Below, piece after piece: positions 57,635 through 64,000 of a stretch of DNA of 64,000 bases. The stretch is from Candidatus Eiseniibacteriota bacterium (GTDB lineage: Bacteria > Eisenbacteria > RBG-16-71-46 > SZUA-252), in NCBI GenBank assembly GCA_031370645.1, contig JANMQV010000152.1, forward strand, positions 32,001 to 96,000, given 5' to 3'. The position numbers and the translations under genes are program-made. How positions within the stretch are numbered: the stretch's first letter is position 1; each line of letters opens with the position of its first letter. The notes under the pieces are model-generated. The model saw nothing but the letters and a program-made list of their open reading frames with translations, had not been told where the DNA came from and ran no database searches.

Positions 57635-58926
57635 TCGTTCTGAGTCCCGCCGGCCCCGCCGCGCGAGTCCGCCGCCGCATCACGCTCCGTCCATCGAGCC
57701 CGAAAACCCACGATCCCCGTGAGCGCGAGAAGCGCGCCCGCCGCGAGCACCGCCGTGCGCGGCGGGAGTCCGCGCGCGACCAACGCGCCGGCCGCGCCCG
57801 CGGTCACGAGCACGGCGAGGCGCGCGGCCATATCCCGGAGCGCGAAGACGCGACCGCGTGCCTCCACCGCGATCGCCTCTTGAAGCGCCGTCTCCGCCGT
57901 GACGAGGAGGATGGAGACGAAGAGTCCCGCGCCGAACGCGACGCCGGTCGCGGCGATGCCGTTCGGCACGAACGCGAACGCCGCAAGCGAGGCTCCGGTG
58001 CCGAGAAGTCCCGCCGAGAGCCGCACTCCGGGTGATGCGACCGCTCCCTTTGCGGCGATGCCGAGCGTTCCGAGAATCATCCCGACGGCCGCGGCCGCGA
58101 TGAGCGATCCGACCCCACTCGCCACGCGCCCCGTCTGACCGACGAGAATCGGCACCGTCACGTGGAGCACGCCGCCCGCCATCCAGAGGAGCATCACGGT
58201 GAGCGTGACCATCCAGGCCCGCGGTGTCCGAAGGAGGATCGAGAAGCCCTCGCGGATTTCGGCCGCGAGCTTCCGATAGCGGACGGCTGCGGTATCGCCG
58301 GCGCGCGCCGCCGCGGCAACCGACGCCGACGCGCGAGGCGCCATCCGAATGCGCCAGAGCGCGAGCACCGAGACAAAATAAGTCGCCGCGTCGAGCGCGA
58401 AGCCCCACGCCCAGCCGAATCGATCAATCAGCGCGCCCCCGGCAAGGGAGCCGGCGATCGTCGCGGCCACGCCGGCGAAGGTGGCGAGCGAGTTCGCCTC
58501 CGTCAGTTGTTCCGCCGGAACGAGGAGTGGGACGATGGCCGAACGCGCGGGGAGAAAGAACGTATTGGCCACGTAGAGCGCGAAGACGAGCGCGAAAAGC
58601 GCCGGCAACCCGCCGTAGATCGTAGCCGGGATCATGGCGAGGACCGCGACCCCGCGCGCGAGGTCCGAGGCGATGAGCACACGGCGCGTGTCGGAGCGGT
58701 CGACGACGGCGCCGATCCACGGTCCGAAGAGAATCGCCGGGAGAAAGCTCGCGAGCGGGAGGAGCGCGAGTTCGGCGGCGGGGTTTCCCGGGTCGCGCGC
58801 GCGCGCCACCACGACGGCGAGGAGCGCGAGGTAGGTGAAGCGGTCTCCGAAGATGGAGACGAACTGCCCGATCCAGAGCGAAAGGTAGTTTCGGTCGCGG
58901 GCGAGCGCGCGGACGGCGTTCGCCAT
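57631..58926 (-). CDS. MFS transporter (DHA3/EntS/LplT-like)
   Basis: LWIGQFVSIFGD, GAVVDRSDTRRVLIASDLARG (motif A), PARSAIVP, ARGRVFA; about 12 TM helices. Confidence 0.9.
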   Translation of the reverse strand: MANAVRALARDRNYLSLWIGQFVSIFGDRFTYLALLAVVVARARDPGNPAAELALLPLASFLPAILFGPWIGAVVDRSDTRRVLIASDLARGVAVLAMIPATIYGGLPALFALVFALYVANTFFLPARSAIVPLLVPAEQLTEANSLATFAGVAATIAGSLAGGALIDRFGWAWGFALDAATYFVSVLALWRIRMAPRASASVAAAARAGDTAAVRYRKLAAEIREGFSILLRTPRAWMVTLTVMLLWMAGGVLHVTVPILVGQTGRVASGVGSLIAAAAVGMILGTLGIAAKGAVASPGVRLSAGLLGTGASLAAFAFVPNGIAATGVAFGAGLFVSILLVTAETALQEAIAVEARGRVFALRDMAARLAVLVTAGAAGALVARGLPPRTAVLAAGALLALTGIVGFRARWTERDAAADSRGGAGGTQND

Positions 58927-60155
58927 CAGGCGCTGATCGTCTCGAGCGGCGGCGCGGGCTCCGTCAAGCGTTCGGTCACGCGTTCGCCCGGGCGCGCGAC
59001 GGAACGATAGATCTCTTCCAGCCGCGCGGCGATCGAATCCCACCCGTAGCGCGAGGCGTTCGCGAGACCGTTTCGGCCGAGCCGTTTCCGCTCGCCGGCG
59101 TCGGCGAGAAGTGTTCGAAGCGCGGCGGCGAGCGCCTCCACCTCGCGGCGCGGGACCAGGAGGCCGTCCGAGCCGTCCGTGACCACGCAGCGATGGCCCG
59201 GAAGGTCGGTCGCCACGACCGGGACGCCGAGCGCCATCGCCTCGAGCAACACCATGCCGAACGATTCTCCACCGCGCGCCGGGGAGCAGAAGATGTCGGC
59301 GGAGGCGTAGTAGGTCGGGAGGTGGTCGTGCCCGACCCGCCCTTCGAAATGAACGCGGCCGAGGAGCGCGCCGCCGGCCAGGCGCTCGGCCTCGGCGCGG
59401 AGCCGCCCGTCGCCCACGAGAATGAGGCGAAACGGAACTCCCTCGCTTGCCAAGCGCGCCGAAGCGAGAAGGAGTTCGGGAAGGCCCTTCCGCGGATCGA
59501 ACCGGCCGACGAAGAGAATGTTGGGGACGCCGTCGTCGAACCGGTCGAGCCGCGGCGTTCCCGGCGCGAAGCGATCGAGATCGACACCGTTCGGCAAGAT
59601 TTCGATCGGGACGTCGAACTGGCGCGCCGTGTACTCGCGCGCGGCTTCCGACACCGCGATCGCGCGATCGAGTCGCTCCACGTAGCCACGGAGCGCGCCG
59701 CGGAAGAGGCGGATCAATCGGTCGGAGTCGGAGGCCGTGTGAAACGTGCCGACGAGCGGAATCTTCGCGGACGACGCGATCTCGATGGCGAGAAGGGGAA
59801 GCACGGGGGAGATGGGGCAGTGGACGTGCACGACGTCGAACGCGCCGCGCCCGCCGGGGGCCAAGAGGGCGGAGAGTTGGCGGCGAAGAGCCCAGCCGAA
59901 GGTGATGTTGTTCTCGGCGCCGTTGAAGGGAATGATGAAATTCCGGCCGAGCCGCACCACGGTCGCGCCGTCTCGAATCCCCGCGCCGTCTCCGCGCAAC
60001 CGGTCGTCGTCGCCGTCGTCGCCGAAGTCCGACGTCACGATCGTGACGTGATGTCCCCGGGCGTGAAGCGCGCGCGCGGTGCCCGCCACGTGCTCGGTGA
60101 CGCCGCCGACGGCTGGGTGATAGGCCTGGGAGACGATGGCGACTCTAAGCGGCAT
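58926..60155 (-). CDS. GT4 glycosyltransferase, PimA (phosphatidylinositol mannosyltransferase)-like
   Basis: GGVTEHV, IPFNGA, VHVH, VGTFHT, FVGRFDPRKG, GGESFGMVLLEAMA. Confidence 0.85.
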   Translation of the reverse strand: MPLRVAIVSQAYHPAVGGVTEHVAGTARALHARGHHVTIVTSDFGDDGDDDRLRGDGAGIRDGATVVRLGRNFIIPFNGAENNITFGWALRRQLSALLAPGGRGAFDVVHVHCPISPVLPLLAIEIASSAKIPLVGTFHTASDSDRLIRLFRGALRGYVERLDRAIAVSEAAREYTARQFDVPIEILPNGVDLDRFAPGTPRLDRFDDGVPNILFVGRFDPRKGLPELLLASARLASEGVPFRLILVGDGRLRAEAERLAGGALLGRVHFEGRVGHDHLPTYYASADIFCSPARGGESFGMVLLEAMALGVPVVATDLPGHRCVVTDGSDGLLVPRREVEALAAALRTLLADAGERKRLGRNGLANASRYGWDSIAARLEEIYRSVARPGERVTERLTEPAPPLETISA

Positions 60156-61101
60156 GCGTCTCAGCCGGCACCACCGCCGCCTCGGAATCGCCGCCGCTCC
60201 CGACGAGCGGGCGGAAGATGCACCACTGTGTCACGTGCGCGGCCACCGCGCGCTCGAGCGCCCGTACCACCCCTTCCGTCATCCGCGATACGTCCTCGGC
60301 GACGCGGCGTGTGAAGTCGGGGCGATCGATCGACTCGAACACGATTCGTTCGCCGCCGTCGGGCTCTCGAACGGTGTACGCGTGGACGATCGGAACTCCC
60401 GCGCGCCGCGCGAGGAGTGCCGGGCCGACGGGGAATTCGGCGAGCGCGCCGAAGAAGCGATGCGATTCACCCCGCGTGTAGACGTCGCCGTCCGCGAGGA
60501 GAATGACGAGTCCGCCGCTTCGAAGCGTTCGAAGGAGCGGGAGAGTACCGTCGTCCTGCGTGCTGACCTCGATCCGATCGGCCTCCTTCGCGGCGCGAAC
60601 GGCATCCGACACGGCGGCGTGGAATTGGACCCCCGTGACGACATGGATCCGAAATCCGAGCCGGGCCATCGTGAGGCCGGCCAGTTCCCAATTGCCGAGA
60701 TGCGGAATTGTGAGGACCGCGCCCCGTCCCCCGGCGAGCGCCCGATAGAATCGCTCCGTGCCGGTGAACCGGGGAGCGGGCGGCGCGGCGCTCCTGCCGC
60801 GGCTCGCGAGGTAATCGAGGCAGCCCCTGTGATACGAGCGGAAGATGGCGTGGCGCGCTTCGCGGCGCTTTGCCTCCGTGGCGAGATCGGGATGCCCCCA
60901 CGCGGCGATGGCGGCGAGGTTTTGTCGGAGCCCGTCGCGTCGATCCGGGGAAAATGCCTCGTCGAGCGCGGCGAAGAGCGATGCGACGAGACGGCGCGCG
61001 GGAGCCGGCAGCGACGCGGAGATGCGGACGGCGAGATCGAGAATCAGGGTTGAACGGGTCGAGGGCGGCGAAAGCGTGGGAAGGGCGATCGTGGGTGGCA
61101 C
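60145..61101 (-). CDS. Lipid A/PatA-type lysophospholipid acyltransferase
   Basis: GRGAVLTIPHLGNWE, LLADGD, FFG...FPVGPALLA, QWCIFRPL. Confidence 0.85.
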   Translation of the reverse strand: MPPTIALPTLSPPSTRSTLILDLAVRISASLPAPARRLVASLFAALDEAFSPDRRDGLRQNLAAIAAWGHPDLATEAKRREARHAIFRSYHRGCLDYLASRGRSAAPPAPRFTGTERFYRALAGGRGAVLTIPHLGNWELAGLTMARLGFRIHVVTGVQFHAAVSDAVRAAKEADRIEVSTQDDGTLPLLRTLRSGGLVILLADGDVYTRGESHRFFGALAEFPVGPALLARRAGVPIVHAYTVREPDGGERIVFESIDRPDFTRRVAEDVSRMTEGVVRALERAVAAHVTQWCIFRPLVGSGGDSEAAVVPAETHAA

Positions 61102-61108
61102 CGCCCCG

Positions 61109-61138
61109 ACGCTACGAGATGCTCCGCGCCGGTGTCAA
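61109..61138 (-). promoter_or_regulatory. sigma70 promoter of the acyltransferase operon, leaderless geometry
   Basis: TTGACA-18-TAGCGT, then 7 nt to GTG 61101. Confidence 0.7.
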
Positions 61139-61170
61139 GGCGACGGCGGGAGCGGCCCGCGGCGTCGGCG

Positions 61171-61200
61171 TTGACTTGACGCGACGCTGGCCCCTAGAGT
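61171..61200 (+). promoter_or_regulatory. Putative sigma70 promoter facing rightward
   Basis: TTGACT-18-TAGAGT; no start codon at the predicted +1. Confidence 0.55.
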
Positions 61201-61207
61201 GGGCGCG

Positions 61208-61441
61208 TTATTTCACCCAGCGCGAGGCGTCATCCGGCCCACGGTCTTCCGAGGGTCGGGCGTCGGTTCCGCCGATCTCGAAGAGGGCGTCGGCGGTTTC
61301 CATCCCTTGCACGCACGGGCACGCGTTCCCGCCGGCGGCGTAGGGACAGACGTCGTAGACGCGATTGTCGCGCCGGCAATAGATTTCCGTCGAGGACTGT
61401 CGTGCGCGGCGCGGTTGACGCGGCGTCGTGTCTCGGCTCAT
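61208..61441 (-). CDS. Small Cys-rich hypothetical protein (77 aa)
   Basis: GGGAGA SD before ATG 61441; GC3-rich codons in the core; YCRRDNRVYDVCPYAAGGNACPC; sigma54-like promoter upstream. Confidence 0.6.
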   Translation of the reverse strand: MSRDTTPRQPRRARQSSTEIYCRRDNRVYDVCPYAAGGNACPCVQGMETADALFEIGGTDARPSEDRGPDDASRWVK

Positions 61442-61528
61442 CGGCGATCTCCCGGCCCGCGAGGGCCTCCGGGTCCGTTCGGAGCGGGCGCCATCGCGGC
61501 GCACACTCCGAGCTCGTTTCCCAGGGGC

Positions 61529-61544
61529 TGCATGACGCGTGCCA
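61529..61544 (-). promoter_or_regulatory. Putative sigma54 (-24/-12) promoter
   Basis: TGGCACGCGTCATGCA = TGGCACG-N4-(A)TGCA with exact GG-N10-GC spacing. Confidence 0.7.
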
Positions 61545-61581
61545 CGGAAGCGCCCGAGAAGAAAGGGAGGATTCCAGGCTC

Positions 61582-61995
61582 ATGGCGACCCAGAAACTGG
61601 TCCGTTGCGAAATCCGCAGACCCGGGAGCGAGGAGCCGTCCGTTCGCTTCGTGCCGCTGGAAATCTACGGACTATGGGAACACCTGATGCGGACCAAGCA
61701 TCAGTTCGAAGTCTCCTCCAACATCTCTTCGCTCTGGATCGACGTGGACGAGAATCCCGATGCGGCCTATGGAGAAAACAAGTACGAGCGCGTCACCGAA
61801 GTGACCCTGCTCCGCTATTCCGCGCGAGACGGGATGTTTGACCGGGTGAATCGCTACTTCCCGACCGAAGAGTATCCACTACTCAAGAATCTGCTCCTGA
61901 AGCACTACGAAACTGTCCGAGAGCCGGGCGATCCGAGCCTCCAGGTGCGCGAACGCCAGGGGATCTGGATCCGCCGGGAAACCCGCGCCGCATAA
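61582..61995 (+). CDS. Hypothetical protein (137 aa) with an internal two-fold repeat
   Basis: GGGAGG SD; protein-like composition and codon usage; repeated motif R[FY]xPxExYxLxxxL..KH...WI. Confidence 0.8.
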   Translation: MATQKLVRCEIRRPGSEEPSVRFVPLEIYGLWEHLMRTKHQFEVSSNISSLWIDVDENPDAAYGENKYERVTEVTLLRYSARDGMFDRVNRYFPTEEYPLLKNLLLKHYETVREPGDPSLQVRERQGIWIRRETRAA

Positions 61996-61996
61996 C

Positions 61997-62012
61997 GCAT
62001 TTCGCGAAATGC
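61997..62012. promoter_or_regulatory. Perfect 16-bp palindrome (candidate activator site or hairpin)
   Basis: GCATTTCGCGAAATGC, about 140 bp upstream of a sigma54-like promoter. Confidence 0.45.
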
Positions 62013-62149
62013 CGTGCGCCCTGCACGGCGATTCGGCGGGCCCTCGGCGATGGTGGCCGCGCCCGTGGTTTCTCTAGGCTAATGCCTTCTCGTTTCAGCC
62101 CTTAGCCTTCCGCTCCCAGCCCCTCGCAAGAAGCGGCCGCACCCATCGC

Positions 62150-62165
62150 TGGCACACATCGTGCT
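62150..62165 (+). promoter_or_regulatory. Putative sigma54 (-24/-12) promoter of the mglA-like gene
   Basis: TGGCACACATCGTGCT with GG-N10-GC spacing. Confidence 0.6.
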
Positions 62166-62261
62166 GACCACCGGTGCGGGCCGGCGCTGCGCCATTGCAT
62201 TTCGGCGCCCCGCGCCATTCGACGCCAATCCACGGAAGCAGGAACAGCAAGGAGCGACGCC

Positions 62262-63377
62262 ATGGTGGTGGTCAGCTATTCGGGGCGGGAGATCAACGCC
62301 AAGATCGTTTATTACGGCCCCGGTCTCTGCGGGAAGACGACGAACCTCGAGAAGATCTACGACAGCGTCCCCGAGACCCACCGCGGCCGCATGGTGTCGA
62401 TGAAGACCCAGACGGATCGCACGCTCTTCTTCGATCTCCTTCCGCTCGACTTGGGCGAACTGCAGGGGATGAAGACGCGTTTTCTTCTCTACACGGTGCC
62501 GGGTCAGGTCTACTACAACGCCACGCGAAAGCTCGTGCTGAAGGGCGTCGATGCCGTCGTCTTCGTCGCCGACTCTTCGCCCGACAAGATGGCCGAAAAT
62601 CGCGAGTCGCTGTCGAACCTCGAAGCGAACTTGAAGGCCTACGGCCTCGACCTGAAGACCATTCCTTGGGTCCTCCAGTACAACAAGCGAGACCTTCCGA
62701 ATGCGCTCACCGTCGAGGAGATGGACAAAGAACTGAACAAATACAGCGTCCCGACCTACGAGGCACAGGCGGTGAACGGCGGCGGCGTCTTCGAGACGCT
62801 CCGCGGGATCAGCAAGCTCCTCCTGGCCAAGATTTCGAAGGACGTCACGGAACGGGATCGGGGAAGCCTCGGCGGAACGCCCCGGGTAGCTGACGGGAAG
62901 GCGGAACGGAAGCCGGCAGTCGCCGACGAGGCCCCGATTTCGAAGTCGGCTCCCGCGCCGAGAGCGCCGGTCGTATCGAGCGCGCCCGCGGAGCCAGAGT
63001 TTCTCCCCGAGAACGCGTTGCTCGACGAACCGTCTCCCATGCGCGTGGAGCCGGCCCCGAGCGCGGCGGACGAGGCGCTCGTCCTCAATGACGCCGACTT
63101 CGTCCGGGAAGGGGACGCCGGCCCGGCCTCCCGCACGGGCGGCGGCGAAGACGGCTTCGAGCGCGACGCGTCGTACGAGTATCGCGACGGACACGAGGGA
63201 GACCTGTCGAACGCCCGGCGGATCACGGTCCCAATCGACCTCGGCAAGTTCCCGCCCTCCGGGAAGCTCAGGGTCACGTTCGAAGTTCGCATCGAGCTCG
63301 ACGAGGAGCCGAAGGTCGCGTCGAAGAAGAAGAAGGGGAACTCCGAGTTCTACCAGGAACTCGATCGGACGCGCTGA
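62262..63377 (+). CDS. mglA: MglA-family small Ras-like GTPase with a ~170-aa C-terminal extension
   Basis: AAGGAG SD; REINAKIVYYGPGLCGKTTNL, TQTDRTLFFDLLP, LYTVPGQVYYNATRKLVLKGVD, QYNKRDLP. Confidence 0.92.
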   Translation: MVVVSYSGREINAKIVYYGPGLCGKTTNLEKIYDSVPETHRGRMVSMKTQTDRTLFFDLLPLDLGELQGMKTRFLLYTVPGQVYYNATRKLVLKGVDAVVFVADSSPDKMAENRESLSNLEANLKAYGLDLKTIPWVLQYNKRDLPNALTVEEMDKELNKYSVPTYEAQAVNGGGVFETLRGISKLLLAKISKDVTERDRGSLGGTPRVADGKAERKPAVADEAPISKSAPAPRAPVVSSAPAEPEFLPENALLDEPSPMRVEPAPSAADEALVLNDADFVREGDAGPASRTGGGEDGFERDASYEYRDGHEGDLSNARRITVPIDLGKFPPSGKLRVTFEVRIELDEEPKVASKKKKGNSEFYQELDRTR

Positions 63378-63416
63378 TCCGCGCGCCGCGAGGCGTCTGT
63401 TCGACCATGAATCGAG

Positions 63417-63441
63417 AAAAGGCCCCGATCGGGGCCTTTTT
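63417..63441. terminator. Bidirectional intrinsic terminator
   Basis: Perfect palindrome AAAAGGCCCCGATCGGGGCCTTTT, plus one further T. Confidence 0.85.
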
Positions 63442-63444
63442 CCG

Positions 63445-63473
63445 TTGACCTCCGCGCTCCAGGTTTCTAGGCT
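63445..63473 (+). promoter_or_regulatory. sigma70 promoter, leaderless geometry
   Basis: TTGACC-17-TAGGCT, then 6 nt to GTG 63480. Confidence 0.7.
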
Positions 63474-63479
63474 CCGCGC

Positions 63480-64000
63480 GTGGATCGAGCGCTCCCTCTC
63501 CCTCTCGCCGAAAACGCCGTCACGAGCGATGAGTCGCGCGCGGGGGACCGCCTCGCGCTCGCCGAGCGCCTCGCCGAGAGCACGTCCAATCCCGAAGCGA
63601 TGCTTCAGGCCGCCCGTTTCTTCGCGCTCGAGGGGCTTCGGGATCGCGCGATCGATACACTTCGTCAGGCCATGCTCGCCCATCCGCGCAACGTCGAGAT
63701 TCTCTCGCTCCTGGCCGACCTCCTCTCGCGGGGAGGATCGTTCGAGGACGCCGACCAGGTCTTCCGCCAGGCGCTCGATCTCACTCCGACGCACGCCGAG
63801 ACGTGGTATCGCCGCGGTCTTCACGCCGGGCGGCAGGGCTTCGCGGCCGCCGCGCGAGAGGCTTACGAGGAGGTCGTGCGCCTCGACGAGCGCCATGTTC
63901 GCGCCTGGGTGAACGTCGGCCTCGCGCGCGCCGATCTGGGCGACCGCCGGGCGGCCGTCCGCGCCTTGGAACGCGCTGTCGTCGTCGATCCCGCTTGCAC
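63480..64000 (+). CDS. TPR-repeat protein (runs off the window)
   Basis: Translated by hand: MDRALPL...AIDTLRQAMLAHPRNVEILSLLADLLSRGGSFEDADQVFRQALDLTPTHAETWYRRG...AWVNVGLARADLGD; open to the window end. Confidence 0.85.
   Translation, partial: MDRALPLPLAENAVTSDESRAGDRLALAERLAESTSNPEAMLQAARFFALEGLRDRAIDTLRQAMLAHPRNVEILSLLADLLSRGGSFEDADQVFRQALDLTPTHAETWYRRGLHAGRQGFAAAAREAYEEVVRLDERHVRAWVNVGLARADLGDRRAAVRALERAVVVDPAC

Noticed and set aside
61207-61580. Known structured RNA (6S, SRP, RNase P, tmRNA, c-di-GMP riboswitch) in the long intergenic region
   Set aside because: No consensus motifs recognised, and the minus-strand ORF explains much of the sequence. An Rfam/Infernal scan would be decisive.
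1-64000. CRISPR arrays, tRNA/rRNA genes, IS elements, prophage or defence systems
   Set aside because: No spaced direct repeats, cloverleafs, transposase/integrase motifs or defence-gene signatures seen; nearly all the sequence is explained by housekeeping and envelope genes.

Overview
A high-GC (roughly 70% by eye) bacterial chromosome segment made mostly of core genes. I found no tRNA, rRNA, CRISPR array, prophage or IS element. FlgD-Ig/T9SS-like C-terminal sorting domains, a DUF2723 protein and a PorZ-like propeller suggest an FCB-group organism such as Ca. Eisenbacteria or Latescibacterota (inference). Gene order: partial mgtE (-); a decayed receiver/Fis-HTH regulator relic; a large PpiD/SurA-like PPIase; radC; a TPR-SLH lipoprotein; a secreted FlgD-Ig protein; an FMN riboswitch with visible terminator and antiterminator; ribD-ribE-ribBA-ribH-nusB; a ~23 kb surface-glycan/protein-glycosylation locus (GT2/GT4 enzymes, two GT-C proteins of the DUF2723/TMEM260-like and YfhO types, a polyprenol-P-mannose synthase, a flippase-like protein, a GT2 fused to a degenerate phosphoglycosyltransferase, a PorZ-like propeller and a FemAB-like GNAT); the dcw cluster (mraZ, an inserted STAS gene, rsmH to ftsZ, with no murB or ddl); rpmB; recG; a Zn-ribbon protein behind a sigma28-like promoter; a patA/pimA-like/MFS operon (-); a small Cys-rich ORF and an orphan tailed MglA GTPase, each behind a sigma54-like promoter; and a partial TPR gene. 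Main observations: (i) a possible T9SS cargo-anchoring/protein O-glycosylation locus; (ii) repeated leaderless promoter geometry, with the -10 box 6-7 nt from the start codon; (iii) a STAS gene lacking the phosphoacceptor Ser inside the dcw operon; (iv) an alternative-sigma-controlled MglA/Zn-ribbon neighbourhood containing uncharacterised small proteins.
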